Part shown: one piece after another, positions 1 through 12,639 of the stretch | How the letters are laid out: each line of letters opens with the position of its first letter | How positions within the stretch are numbered: the stretch's first letter is position 1 | Assembly: GCA_951406725.2 (NCBI GenBank) | Contig: OX597840.1 | Span: forward strand, 19,034,001-19,098,000 | DNA from: Octopus vulgaris | Lineage: Eukaryota | Direction: 5' to 3' | DNA: 64,000 bases | Notes under the pieces: generated by a model | What the model was told of the DNA's origin: nothing | Seen by the model: the letters and a program-made list of their open reading frames with translations, nothing else | Databases searched by the model: none | Made by a program: the position numbers and the translations under genes

Positions 1-232
1 ATCCCAGTATTTCATTTTTAAAGCCTGGTAATTGTCCGACTGGATTTACTTGCCAAACTGCTAAATATGTGTGTGTGTATGTGCGCGCAAGTATGTATGT
101 GCGTGCGCCTGTGTGTGTGTGTGAAGCCATTGTCAGACAAGCCGAAATTTCTAACTGTCAACAATATTCTTGCTTAAGAAAAACTTTGTACTCTACAAAA
201 GTATAGAGTAATCCCTCAGATTATATATATAT

Positions 233-608
233 ATAATCAAAATAAGCAACAAGGATATCCAAGGTAGTGTAGTACAATCGTTTCATGTTACTTCATTTTA
301 TTAAACAATGTAAGTATTACATCAGTTTTAAAATGTAAAGCAATCTTCAGCCACATATAGAAATATTTTATGAGTGATAGAAAATCTACCGATGGAGAAG
401 GACCTTCTACTACCATGTTCTTAATGATAATACTTACATTGTTTAATAAAATGAAGTAGCATGAAACGATTGTACTACACTACCTTGGATATCCGTGTTG
501 CTTATTTTATTTATAATCACCCCATTTGATTTATATCGACAATACAATACCAAATTCTGGTGCCTTTAACTTAAGTCCCATATCCATCTGAATCTAAATT
601 TTGGTGAA

Positions 609-611
<3 letters not shown>
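233..611. mobile_element. Penelope-like element (PLE) terminal remnant with inverted arms (family A)
   Basis: 233-320 is the reverse complement of about 428-515. Flanked by (TA)n, carries a hammerhead motif, and the same family recurs at 37447-37820. Confidence 0.7.
268..355 (-). ncRNA. Minimal type I hammerhead ribozyme motif
   Basis: Minus strand reads TGTGG-CTGAAGA-(long stem II)-GAAA-CGATTG-TA-CTACA. Stem I is TGTGG/CTACA with one G-U pair. Confidence 0.65.
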
Positions 612-646
<35 letters not shown>

Positions 647-649
<3 letters not shown>

Positions 650-876
650 GGTTGGCCAAAAGTCACCCGACAGTAAATCAAAATTCTATAAAATCTTAAT
701 ATTTAAATTTAATTATGCATTCCAATTATGAATGTTTACAAGAAAGACTTCAGTTTGAACTATTCTTAGGATGTTTCGTAGTTAGATAATTTTATTAAAA
801 TCATTCACTTGTTAAACATAAATAAATCTTGGAATTAAATGGTTTTCATTTTCTGTGGGATGGCTTTTGGACAACC

Positions 877-879
<3 letters not shown>
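647..879. mobile_element. Tc1/mariner-type MITE
   Basis: Imperfect TIRs CAGGGTTGGCCAAAAGTCACCC / GGGATGGCTTTTGGACAACCCTG, flanked by TA on both sides, no ORF. Confidence 0.8.
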
Positions 880-936
<57 letters not shown>

Positions 937-937
937 G

Positions 938-1020
<83 letters not shown>

Positions 1021-1037
1021 ACGTATATATATATATA

Positions 1038-1104
<67 letters not shown>

Positions 1105-1133
1105 TAATGTTTGTATAAATATATATATATATA

Positions 1134-1320
1134 CTGAATCCGCACATGAACAAGCGAGAAAAACAACAACGAGAAGACAAGGAACAACGAGAAGAAGGGA
1201 AAGAAAAGAAAGGGGATTTAACGTTTCGAGCGGAGCTCTTCATCAGGAATATAGAAAAAGTCCAAAGAAGGGAAGACGGAGAAAGGAAATCGCCAACGAT
1301 ACACACACGGTAACACACGC
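1134..1320 (-). mobile_element. Short PLE-type remnant (family B) with hammerhead motif at 1216-1250
   Basis: Minus strand reads CTGATGA-A-GAGC-TCC-GCTC-GAAACGTTA. Homologous to 18470-18680 and abuts (TA)n. Confidence 0.65.
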
Positions 1321-1343
1321 ACGCACACACACACGCACAAACA

Positions 1344-1388
<45 letters not shown>

Positions 1389-1853
1389 TACTGAGGATTC
1401 CTCAATCAATGTTATAGTAAAATTGAGAATAAATAGCGGACGAAAGTGCCTCAAATGCGTTCACATTTTATATCCTGTGCAACTATGCTATATGCAGAAC
1501 TCCGTAGTTATCCCAACTCATGTTATATGTGCAGTAATAACGATATTACTGCACTTATATGCATATGCTCGATCCGATATCGATTATTTATTTTTAGAAA
1601 TTCTAACCTGGTTCTAACAAGTTACTATATATTACTATCTGCTCTTTATTTTACTGTTCACTGTACAGTATTGGTCTGATAGATGCTCCATGAAATATAT
1701 CGATGCAGTACTATAACGGCCAATTGCACGAGATATATGTATATAGACGCACACAAATTCATACGTACACCTCCGCTTAACAACATTGTTGGTGTATTTC
1801 CGTCCCCATAACTTCCGTCCCCTTATACACATACCTTTATATATATATATATA

Positions 1854-2034
1854 TTTTACTTGTTTCATTCATTTGACTGCGGCCGAGCAAATCGACCCCG
1901 GGACTTATTCTTTTGTAAGCCCAGTACTTATTCTATCGGTCTCTTTTGCCGAACCGCTAAGTGACAGGGACATAAATACACCAGCATCGGTTGTCAAGCA
2001 ATGCTAGGGGGAGAAACACAGACACACAAACACA

Positions 2035-2074
<40 letters not shown>

Positions 2075-2081
2075 AACACAC

Positions 2082-2112
<31 letters not shown>

Positions 2113-2273
2113 ACAGGCTTCTTTCAGTTTCCGTCTACCAAATCCACGCACAAGGCATTGGTCGGCCCGGGGCTATAGCAGAAGACACTTGCCCAAGATG
2201 TCACGCAGTGGGACTGAACCCGGAACCATGTGGTTGGTTAGCAAGCTACTTACCACACAATCACTCCTGCGCC
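1854..2273 (-). mobile_element. tRNA-headed CORE-type SINE (family C)
   Basis: Head GGCGCAGGAGTGATTGTGTGGTAAG, B-box GGTTCAGTCCC, CORE-like CTTGGGCAAGTG, internal microsatellite. Many copies in the window. Confidence 0.9.
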
Positions 2274-2578
2274 TAGACACACACAAACATATCTTTATAT
2301 GTATATGTCTATGTATATATATATATATATATATACATACACACAAACAAACACACACACACAGACATACATAATAAGAGAAAATGAAGAGGTAATTAAT
2401 AAAATTCTTTATTAATTATAAAATAGGACAATATCTCTAACAGTTGTTACGATTCAGAAATCTTTAGATAATTAATTTCTACGATTAAAATAAGATTATA
2501 AGATGAATCTCTTCAGAAGTGGTAAGAATATACCGCAGTTGGACTGAGCGTGGAACCATGTGGTCGAGAAACAATATA

Positions 2579-2639
<61 letters not shown>

Positions 2640-2648
2640 CTACCTATC

Positions 2649-2759
<111 letters not shown>

Positions 2760-2769
2760 TATGTATTTG

Positions 2770-2970
2770 TGTGCCCGTGTTTATTACCCTGCCATCGCTT
2801 GATACCGATGTTGGTATGTTTACGTCTCCGTACCTGAGCGGTTCAGCAAAAGGGGCTGGTAGAATAAGTACTAGGCTTATAAAGCATAAGTCCTAGTGTC
2901 GATTTGTTCTACTAAAGGCGGCGCTCCAGCATGGCTGCCGTCAAATGACAAACAAGTAAGATGATAAAAG
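2770..2970 (+). mobile_element. SINE family C, 3' half
   Basis: Matches the family tail (GAATAAGTACTAGGCTT...CTCCAGCATGGC...CAAATGAC). Confidence 0.8.
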
Positions 2971-3015
2971 AATATATATATACATACTATACATACATAC
3001 ATACATATATATATG

Positions 3016-3090
<75 letters not shown>

Positions 3091-3267
3091 CAATAATAAT
3101 TCTCTAAATGAGATATAGACAGTAACTGCTCCATAACATAAGGGACTAAAGCCATCTGAATATGGCTAGGGACAGGGCAGGGTGGTGGGGGTGTTACTGT
3201 TGCATTTAGCCCCAGGCGAACATCAACGTCGCCAGATAGGCTTGACACCATCACGGCGTCCTTTATC

Positions 3268-3320
<53 letters not shown>

Positions 3321-3477
3321 GGCGGTGCATCAGCATGGCCGCAGCTCTGAGCTGAAACTAGAGAAAAAAATATATATATAGGTATATAGGTGTGTGTGTA
3401 CACACACACTCACCTATATACCTATATATATTTTGGTGTATTTCCGGTGTGTAGCCGGAAACTGAAAGAAGCCCGTC

Positions 3478-3542
<65 letters not shown>

Positions 3543-3558
3543 TCTTCATTATTTAATT

Positions 3559-4770
3559 ATGAACTTTATTGATATCATTAGCTATAATATCTGTTAATTG
3601 CTTGACTCAACAACAACAGCTGAATTGACAATTACGTTTTGCCAAGATATTGGCCTGTTACATCGTGTGAGAGTTTGTTGCATGTGTAACCAAAATATGA
3701 AATTAACAAAGGGTGATAAAACAAAGGGAAGATTGAGATGGAGATATGGGAGGAGAAAGGTTTGAGACACGTGTAGAGAGGAGAAAGGTTTGAGACACGA
3801 CACATTCTTTGCCAATAGTAATTTACGTTTGGGCATATGAAGAAGCATCTGAAAGAAAATGTCAACGGCAGCTGGGATGGAATAGTGAGACTATTTCTAA
3901 TTGGAAGAACTTCCTCCGTGACATATGCGCAGAGAAATTATTAATGGACCCAGTATTACTTGGTGGCCCCGGACAAAATGTTCAGATTGAGGAGTCTGTA
4001 TTTACACGGAGAAAGGCAGATTGACACTACAACAGTGGGTTTTTGGTGGCATTGATACAAGTAAGGAGTGTTTCCTTGAGGCAATGGCAAAAAGGGTTGC
4101 CAACATTTTAAAACCTGTATTGGACAAGCACGCGAGACCAGAAACTAGTATGGTATCAGATCTGTGGTTAGCATACAGCACCATTTTTTTGCTTGTTCCT
4201 TCTCGAGCCATGCCTGGCTCATAAGGGCCGGTTTCCCGGTTTCTTGGCGTATAGGTTCCCCACCTGGATGGGACGCCGGTTCGTCGCAGGTGAGCTGCAA
4301 GATGCAGGAGGAAAGAGTTAGAGAAAGTTGTGGCGAAAGAGACAGCAGAAGTTCGCCATTACCTTCTGCCGGAGCCGTGTGGAACTTAGGTGTTTTCGCT
4401 CATAAACACGCACATCGCGCGGTCTGAGATTCGAACTCGCGATCCCTCGACCGCGAGTCCGCTACTCTAACCATTAGGCTATATGCCTCCACATACAGCA
4501 CCATTGGTAACAGAGGATTCCAACATCTGAGAGTGAATCATCAAATGAATTTTGTTGATCCTATGACAGGAGCCCACACGAATACTGCCGAAAATTTGTG
4601 GATGAAGGAAAAGAAGAAGAACAAGAAGGAAAGTGGAACTTCACGTTCACTCCTCGACACTTATTTTGTTGAGTTTATATGGAGACGAAAATATGTTAAT
4701 GGTAATGTTTTCAACAAAATTAGTAAAAATTCAAGAAAATTAGTAAAATTCGTGAAGTTTACCCTAAGTA
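3559..4770 (+). pseudogene. Merlin/ISXO2 (IS1595-family) DDE transposase pseudogene, interrupted by a SINE
   Basis: Translates to N-terminal CCMC..MKL..WR, then GGPGQNVQIEESVFTRRK, QWVFGGID, MVSDLWLAY, NHQMNFVDPMTGAHTNTAENLW and YFVEFIWRR. Contains stops and frameshifts. Confidence 0.9.
4186..4491 (-). mobile_element. tRNA-headed SINE (family R) with 14-bp TSD
   Basis: TSD CATACAGCACCATT at 4172-4185 and 4492-4505. tRNA-like head GTGGAGGC...GTTCGAATCTC. Near-identical to 11189-11478. Confidence 0.92.
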
Positions 4771-5769
4771 AATGATTAACTCATTAACCCACTGTCCCCG
4801 TTTATTTACTGCAATAAAGATTAACTGGATGCGTCAGTATGTTTTTTACCCCTATTTATATAACTGGATGCTTCAGTATGTTTTTTATCCTTATCTATAT
4901 AACTATCTTCAAAATTTCGACAGAAATCGCAAAGGAATCCGAAAATTTTAAAAAAAAAAATAAGAAGTGGGGGTGATGGAAGTTGGGGTGATGGAAGTTG
5001 GGGGTGTAATTGAAATTTTAAAAAAAAATGATTTTATAAATCGTAATCTCCGATATCGAAGACAGGATTCTGAAAAAAATTTTTTTAATAATTGAAGAAA
5101 AAAATTACTGGTTCAAAAGCACCCATTACCTCACCACTTTCAAAAAGCTACACACTCCCAACGTTACACTTTTAGCTTTGTGGAAAGCGGGGAAGTTTCT
5201 TCATAAATAATGTCGTTTGTCTGTTGTTTCTAGCATGTCAGATTTTCTGGTGGTGGTCTGGTATTTTTAAAGTCTACTATTTCAGTAGAATTCCATGCAT
5301 GCAAGAAGCATCAGACAAAAGTGAAAGATTAGGAGATTTTAGCCTTTTGAAGCGAGGTGAGGGATGAGGCATTGAGTGTTTCTTTAAGAAAAATTAAACT
5401 ATAAAACATATATTTCCCAGACTCATAATCTCTCTATTTTTCTATGTAGATAAAAATAACAAATAAAAAAAAATCGAAAAGAGTTACAAATTAAGGAATT
5501 ACAGTAAAGATAGGGGGAAATAAAAATTTTGAAAATGTGATTTCTGGATAACATCGTATTAACCCCCTTTTTATATGATAAAACAATACAGAGAGGTTCT
5601 GATCCTTCTTAAGAACAGAAAGCACTTTCATGCAAGCCCATGCAAATTGCAACCCCCAACCTTCACTATTAAACAAACAATAACTTCCATTATTTCATTA
5701 ACTATATATCAGCCGTGCTGATTCTACCCATAAGAAAGGAGTAAATAATACAATGTACTTGTAGGTCAT

Positions 5770-5801
5770 AACACTCGGGCAATGCCGGAATACATTGCTA
5801 G
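5770..5801 (+). mobile_element. Helitron 3' terminus
   Basis: Imperfect hairpin CTCGGGCAATGCCGGA followed by CTAG|T, resembling the Helitron ends at 28832 and 29220. Confidence 0.65.
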
Positions 5802-6029
5802 TGTGTGTGTGTGTGTGTGTGCGTAACTGCAATGCTATGATACTTAGTCATTGTTAGTTCATATTAAACGCAACAGTATAGTTAGATATTCGCAACTGCA
5901 CAACGTACCGCAGCAATTTAAGTTATAAATATATGAAAGTGCCATCAGCAAACCTGTTGCGCTATTATTTGTACCGTATTTGTAATTAATTTACTCATTT
6001 ACCAACTATAATTCCGTAGAAACATCCCG

Positions 6030-6560
6030 CTCCTTTCTCACCGATTGTCATTAATCCCCATGGATTAAAATCCTAGTTGTTTGCCCCTCTGGAGCAACGT
6101 CATCTGTGACTGTACAATGTGATGCGCGGATGACATTCTCTGCCGTACAAACCACATTTGTGAGCGGTTTCCTTGCTCCTTCATTGATGGTGTTCTTTTC
6201 TATGTATCCGCCTTTTCTCCGGCGTATTCATCAGTCTCTGCAGTACTGGGCGTTCGATGGGAGCCAAGCCAGGGATGCAGAATATTCCGGACAAGTTATT
6301 GCCGATGAAGCATGTTCTCCCTCTTCATATCATTGCGAGACCCAAAGGAACAACACAGCCGTTACAATTTGGTATCAACGTTGTCGCAAAAATTGCCAGA
6401 AGGAAATTGTAGACAACATCGCAATGCTTCAGGGGCTCCAACTCCAGATTTTTTGTTCAGGGTTTACATCCGAAGCCTTCGCTATGATCAGATATGCCTG
6501 CACGGCAGTAGAACCGCTTCTAAGCCACTACTGTACCCCAGCTTACTCTGATCCAGAGTA
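6030..6560 (-). mobile_element. Degraded RTE/BovB-clade LINE 3' end
   Basis: Minus frame ends HKCGLYGRECHPRITLYSHR*RCS, a decayed RTE C-terminal CxxCxRxCxSRIGLxSH motif. Confidence 0.6.
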
Positions 6561-6887
6561 ATAGCACCGCACCTGTCAAGTTCCCACCTATGATTTAATT
6601 AGTAAGTCAGTCAGGCAGATGGAGCTCATTAACCTGCTGTAGTGGGAATGGGGCAATCCTCCTAGGGGAAGAAAAGTCCTGATTCCAAATTGTAAACTGC
6701 CACTGTGGAAATAACTGCACAACTATAGTGTCACCTTTTCGCTGCAAACTTCTCCCTTGCGCCGCTACAGCAATTAATGCAAGATTTCTTTACCAACTGC
6801 ACTTTGGTAGTGATAGCTTCGTAAGTGCACTGTCTACTGCATCAATGTAGTTGCATGCACATAGCAGTAGAGTTAGCTGCAGAAAGA

Positions 6888-7095
6888 GCGGCGAGCTGGC
6901 AGAATCGGTAGCACACCGGGTAAAATGCTTAGCGGCATTTCGTCCGTCTTTAAGTTCTAAGTTCAAATTCCGCTGGTATCGACTTTGCCTTTCATCCTTC
7001 AGGATCGATAAAATAAGTACCAGTTGAACTCCGGGGTTGATTTAATCAACTTAATCCTCCCTCGAAAATGCTGACCTTGTACCAGAATTTGAAAT
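6888..7095 (+). mobile_element. SINE family K, older variant with a different tail
   Basis: Head GCGGCGAGCTGGCAGAATCG and core GACTTTGCCTTTCATCCTT; the tail differs from the younger copies. Confidence 0.85.
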
Positions 7096-7519
7096 TAATA
7101 AAGCTAGCTGCAAAAATCTAGATAGTGATTTAATGGTTGTGTCTCAGAATGGCTATAGTTTTGGGACTGGAACCCGTAAAGGAGTAAAGGTGCACAGTCA
7201 GTTGCACCCCCGTTGTTATAGCTGCATAACTCCACATTCACTGACATCACTATAATCATGGGCGAATAACTCTGCAGTTAATTGCATCGCTGTAGTTATA
7301 GCAGCACAAATAGACATTCGGCTGCAACAAGTTATAGCTGTGGAACTGTAGAGCTGTAGAAAATAGTTGCATAACTGCAGTGTTAGCTGCACGTTTTTGT
7401 ACTGCTCTTTGCACATATATAATAATTGATAAATTCCTCTAACATCCATTGCATCACTGCAGAAATAAATGCATAACTTTACTATCAACTCCTCGTTTTC
7501 GAATATAATTAGATAATGT

Positions 7520-8000
7520 GCCCCCAAACCCGAATTTTTCTCATAACTTTCAGAAAACGGGTATTTTTAATTGGTATTTCGTACAAATACCTTTTAAATG
7601 ATGTAGATTCCAATGATATCAGAATGTTTTGTGAAAAATTTTTCGGGGATGGAGATAGGAGGGAAGATTTTTTTGTATAATTCACACGAATCGAATTTGT
7701 TACCCCACAACTTTCGGAAAATTGTCTATTTTTTAATGAAATTTTCTACAAAAACCTTTTAAATGGAGTAGATTACAATTATCTCGAGATCTGTAGTGAA
7801 AAGTTTTGCAGATGAGAGGAGAGGAGTTTCGGATGGTTCACATGTGTCGATTTTGTTTCCTCATAACTTTCAGAAATATGTGTAGTTTTTAATGAAATTC
7901 TCTACAAATACCTTTAAGATAGTGTAGATATTGATTACACCGGAATTTGTTGTTGTGGAAATATTTTTGGGATGTGTGCTGTTGGGGATAACAGATTCTA
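7520..8000. repeat. Three diverged ~160-bp tandem units, possibly a Helentron-type non-autonomous element
   Basis: CATAACTTTCAGAAA...TTTTTAAT...TACAAATACCTTT...GTAGAT recurs at about 7540, 7705 and 7860. Confidence 0.6.
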
Positions 8001-8002
8001 TT

Positions 8003-8065
<63 letters not shown>

Positions 8066-8234
8066 TATATACATATATATATATATATATGTGTATATAT
8101 ATATATATATATATACACATATATATATACATACATACATACATGCATACATACATACAAATATATATATATATATATACATATATATGTGTATATTTAT
8201 ACATATATATGTATACATATCATATGTATATATG

Positions 8235-8285
<51 letters not shown>

Positions 8286-8299
8286 TATAACACACACAT

Positions 8300-8500
8300 A
8301 TATCTGTGTGTGTCCTTGTGGTTGTTCCGTACCACTGCTTGACAACCGGTGATGGTGTTTATGCCCCCGTAACTTAACGGTTCGGCAAAAAAGACCGATA
8401 GAATAAGCACTGGGATCGATTCATTCGACATAAAACTCTCCAAGGCAGTGCCCCAGCCTGGCCGGAGTCTACTGACTGAAGCGAGATGAATGATAAAAAC
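8300..8500 (+). mobile_element. SINE family C, 3' part
   Basis: GCTTGACAACCGG...GGTTCGGCAAAAAAGACCGATAGAATAAG. Confidence 0.75.
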
Positions 8501-9283
8501 AAATGACAAATATCGTTTATCCGAACGATATGAGGAAATAAAGACTACAGGGGACACACACGTGTAGCTAGGTCCCTTGTTATATTAGCACCTCTCCACT
8601 TTTCATATTTACATTCATTGAAACATTCTACCTCGTTCACAATGCGTCGCTACAGAAACAGTTCTGCGCTGCTCGTATTTTTTACTGCTCTTTCCGCCAT
8701 CTTTGGCCACTGACTTTATTTTTCAGCATAACTAATCCATAGCAACAGCACCAACAACAACAATGAAAACATACACAAAATCTGTGGCATTATGTTAATA
8801 ATAGTGTCCGGTCGACCTCGTTAATTCCCTGCGACAATAACGACGACCAACGACGACAATGAAACCCGCCTCAGCAGCGTTTGTACTCTTAGAATTTATG
8901 ACATTGCCGTGTCAACCCCGTTCAATGACTTCAAGAAAAATCTTAACAATATAACACCAGATACAACAGCGACAGCAACAACAGGTATTGCAACATCTAT
9001 GCCATTAAATCAGTGACCTTCACCTGTCGGCCTTCACGACAATAACAGCAACAACAATGATACTAAAACAAAAACAACTACAACTGCGAAAAAACAACAG
9101 CAGAAATAAAGACGAAAATAACGAGAACAGCCATAAGAACAACGACAACAACAATAACCTCAATGAAAGCAACAACAGTAACAATAACAACAGCCACAAC
9201 AACAACAACAACAAGTCTTTCTTGTTTTCGTTTTATCAAATATATCCCTGTTCATATTTTGAATAAAATCTACAAATAGATAC

Positions 9284-9688
9284 GGGTAGGAGTGGCTGTG
9301 TGGTAAGTAGCTTGTTTGCCAACCACATGGTTCCGGGTTCAGTCCCACTGCGTGGCACCTTGGGCAAGTGTCTTCTATTACAGCCTCAGGCCGACCAAAG
9401 CCTTGTGAGTGGATTTGGTAGACGGAAACTGAAAGAAGCCCATCGTATGTATGTATATATGTATGTGTGTGTATATGTTTGTGTGTCTGTGTTTGTCCCT
9501 CCAACATCGCTTGACAACCGATGCTGGTGTGTTTACGTCCCCGTAACGTAGCAGTTCGGCAAAAGAAGCCGATTGAATAAGTACTGGGCTTACAAAGAAT
9601 AAGTCCTAGGGTCGATTTGCTCGACTAAAGGCAATGCTCCAGCATGGCCGCAGTCAAATGACTGAAACAAGTAAAATAGTAAAAGAGT
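9284..9688 (+). mobile_element. SINE family C, full length
   Basis: Complete head, CORE-like block, microsatellite and tail. Confidence 0.92.
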
Positions 9689-10186
9689 ATAGATACGGGT
9701 GGCAAACACACCACCACCACCAACAACAGCAAGAAAAACAGCAACAACAAGAACAATAACAGCACCAGCATTGTCTTGTCTGTCCCTTTAATACATTACT
9801 GCTCCCTTCGATCTTATTTCCGCCTACTTCTTGGACGCAGACCGAAGTGAAAGATAAAACTCAATGTTCTTTCTGACCAGAAGAAAGAAGAAAAACAAAT
9901 ATAGAAAGAAAAGGTTCCACTGTAACCAATTAATTCAGACTCGAAGCCTCGAGTTATTTCACAGGACAAGCAAAATAAAAAAAGATAAAATTTATGTCTT
10001 TGGATGGAGGATGGTTGGATATTAGTTTTCTGGTCTGAACTTTTGGACGGTGTTGGCGGAAACAACAGTGGCGTCGCGTTGGCGGTGGAAGGTATGATGG
10101 TGGTGGCGATGGTAGTGGCTACGATGTAAGTGGCTGCCGGAACAAACATGGTGAACATTTTAAAATTTTAAGGTGTGTTAAGCGGG

Positions 10187-10347
<161 letters not shown>

Positions 10348-10473
10348 TATATTTATGTATCTATGTACGTACGCATGTATAAATTTCCCGCAAATAAATG
10401 CCGTCTGTTGATTTAAGCCAGTGAAGAAATAGTAGCGGAACTTAGGAAATAGTGGTTTGTGTACATATGTGTA

Positions 10474-10505
<32 letters not shown>

Positions 10506-10684
10506 GAGGAGGAGAGAGGGTGGGTGGGTGGGGAGTATCAGCTTACAAGATAGAAGTTTCCAATATAAGTAAATAAACAAGTAAATTGAAAACAAATATG
10601 TCATATAGGATATCCAAAAATAACCGGTCCGATTGCTGAGGTTATTGTGTTATGGTGTTATAAGTGTGCGTTTTTGTCTGCAGC

Positions 10685-11038
10685 TACGTTGTGAGTTCAA
10701 ATTCCGCTGAGGTCGACTTTGCCTTTCATCCTTTCGGCGTCGATAAATTAAATACCAGTTACGCACTGGGGTCGATGTAATCGGCTTAATACCTATGTCT
10801 GTCCTTGTTTGTCCTCTATGTATTTTAGCCCCTTGTGGGTAGTAAAGAAATAGGTATTTTGTCTGCCGTTACGTTCTGAGTTCAAATTCCACCGAGGTCG
10901 ACTTTGCCTTTCATCCTTTCCGCGTCGATAAATTAAGTACCAGTTACGCACTGGAGTCGATGTAATCGACTTAATCCGCGTGTCTGTCCTTGTTTGTCCC
11001 CTCTGTGTTTAGCTCCTTGTGGGTAGTAAAGAAATAGG
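10685..11038 (+). mobile_element. SINE family K, tandem dimer, 5'-truncated
   Basis: Two consecutive bodies joined at AAAGAAATAG|GTATTT near 10853. Confidence 0.9.
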
Positions 11039-11188
11039 TGTTATAAGTGAGCGGTTTTCTTGTGTTTAAGGGGATTGGTTTTCGGCTCATGATAAAAAAT
11101 AATGTCGTGGGTTTGATTCTTGTACGGGGCAACACGTTTGTGCTCATTAATAAGGCACTATATTCCATGCTGGTCCAATATACTCAGT

Positions 11189-11478
11189 GTGGAGGCACAT
11201 GGCCTAGTGGTTAGAGCAGCGGGCTCACGGTCGAGGGATCGCGGGTTCGAATCTAAGACCGGGCGATGTGTTTGTTTATGAGCGAAACACCTAAGCTCCA
11301 CGCTGCTCTGGCAGAAGGTAATGGCGAAACTTCTGCTGACTCTTTCGCCACAACTTTCTCTCACTCTTTCCTCTTGCATCTTGCAGCTCACCTGCGACGG
11401 ACCAGCGTCCCGTCCAGGTGGGGAACCTATATGTCAAGGAAACCGGAAACCGGCCCTTATGAGAAGGAACAAACAAAA
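11189..11478 (+). mobile_element. SINE family R with 13-bp TSD
   Basis: TSD CAATATACTCAGT at 11176-11188 and 11479-11491. Confidence 0.92.
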
Positions 11479-11615
11479 CAATATACTCAGTTGTAAAAGA
11501 CTACCATCCGCTAACTGCTGCAGCCTCTCCCTTGCCGCCATTCCCTCGATCTGTCAATTCTCGGATGTTCTGTCGAATGAAGGGTAGGAATACTGGGTAG
11601 GTATCTATGTCTGAG

Positions 11616-12032
11616 GGCGGCGAGCTGGCAGAATCGTTAACACGCCGGCAAAATGCGTAGCCGTATTTCGTCTGCCGTTACGTTCTGAGTTCAAATTCTG
11701 CCGTGGTCGACTTTGCCTTTCATCCTTTCGGGGTCGATTAAATAAATACCAGTTACGCACTGGGGTCGATATGATCAACTTAATCCGTTTGTCTGTCCTT
11801 GCTTGTCCTCTCTGTGTTTAGCCCCTTGTGGGTAGTAAAGAAATATGTATTTCGTCTGGTGTTACGTTCTGAGTTCAAATTCCGCCGAGGTCGACTTTGC
11901 CTTTCATCCTTTCGGGCTCGATTAAATAAGTACCAGTTACGCACTGGGGTCGATATAATCGACTTAATCCGTTTGTCTGTCCTTGTTTGCCCTCTCTGTG
12001 TTTAGCCCCTTGTGGGTAGTAAAGAAATAGGT
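11616..12032 (+). mobile_element. SINE family K, head plus tandem dimer
   Basis: GGCGGCGAGCTGGCAG head; the second body restarts at GTATTTCGTCTG near 11846. Confidence 0.92.
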
Positions 12033-12639
12033 ATGTTATGTCTGCTCACGACCAGACAACCTCCTAAAATAACCCTGTGTAACACGATTTTTGTTCTTGG
12101 GTAGCAAATGTAATTTCCTATTTGCTTACCTCTAGGAATTATGAACAATCGCTAATATTACCTACAAAATTTGCTTGTCTTACATTTATTCAAACTCTAA
12201 AGAACGCCTACCAACATATGATTATGATAGTCCCTTACCACTCGTGTTCCTGATCAAAGATGCACATATTGTCGGCCGGGAAGGGACAGGCTTAAATGGT
12301 TAAGGTCAAGCAACTGACAAGCAAATCTGTGGTGTTGAACAGAATATTTGCTGTAACGATATTTTTTATTTCAGCAACTCAATGCTGAATATGCGTGAAA
12401 TGTAATGGGAAATAGGTCAGTTTCGAAACATTGATGTCAGGTGACAAAAAAAGCTATGTTTGATGGGAATAATAGTGATTTCCTTTGATTTCTATATAGA
12501 AAAAAATAGAAAATAACACTTACTGACCAAAGACGCAGAAAAAAAAAACGTTGTTACACTGTAATTTACAAAAGTACGGTACCTGTTCCCAAGAACAAAC
12601 CATACATGCAGATGGTGGGGAGGACGAGATGTGCAGACG

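Noticed and set aside
812-1417. Long YI/VC/HT-repeat ORFs here and throughout the ORF track
   Set aside because: They are translations of (TA)n, (CA)n, (TATG)n and (TCTA)n microsatellites, which lack stop codons in several frames.
3559-4770. Bacterial IS1595 insertion or contamination
   Set aside because: The motifs fit eukaryotic Merlin-type transposases, and the relic contains a host SINE with a TSD.
7520-8000. Regularly spaced repeats as a possible CRISPR array
   Set aside because: Whole units are homologous, there are no unique spacers or cas genes, and the context is eukaryotic.
11189-11265. tRNA-like sequences at SINE heads
   Set aside because: They lack complete acceptor stems and continue into multicopy SINE bodies; they are not tRNA genes.
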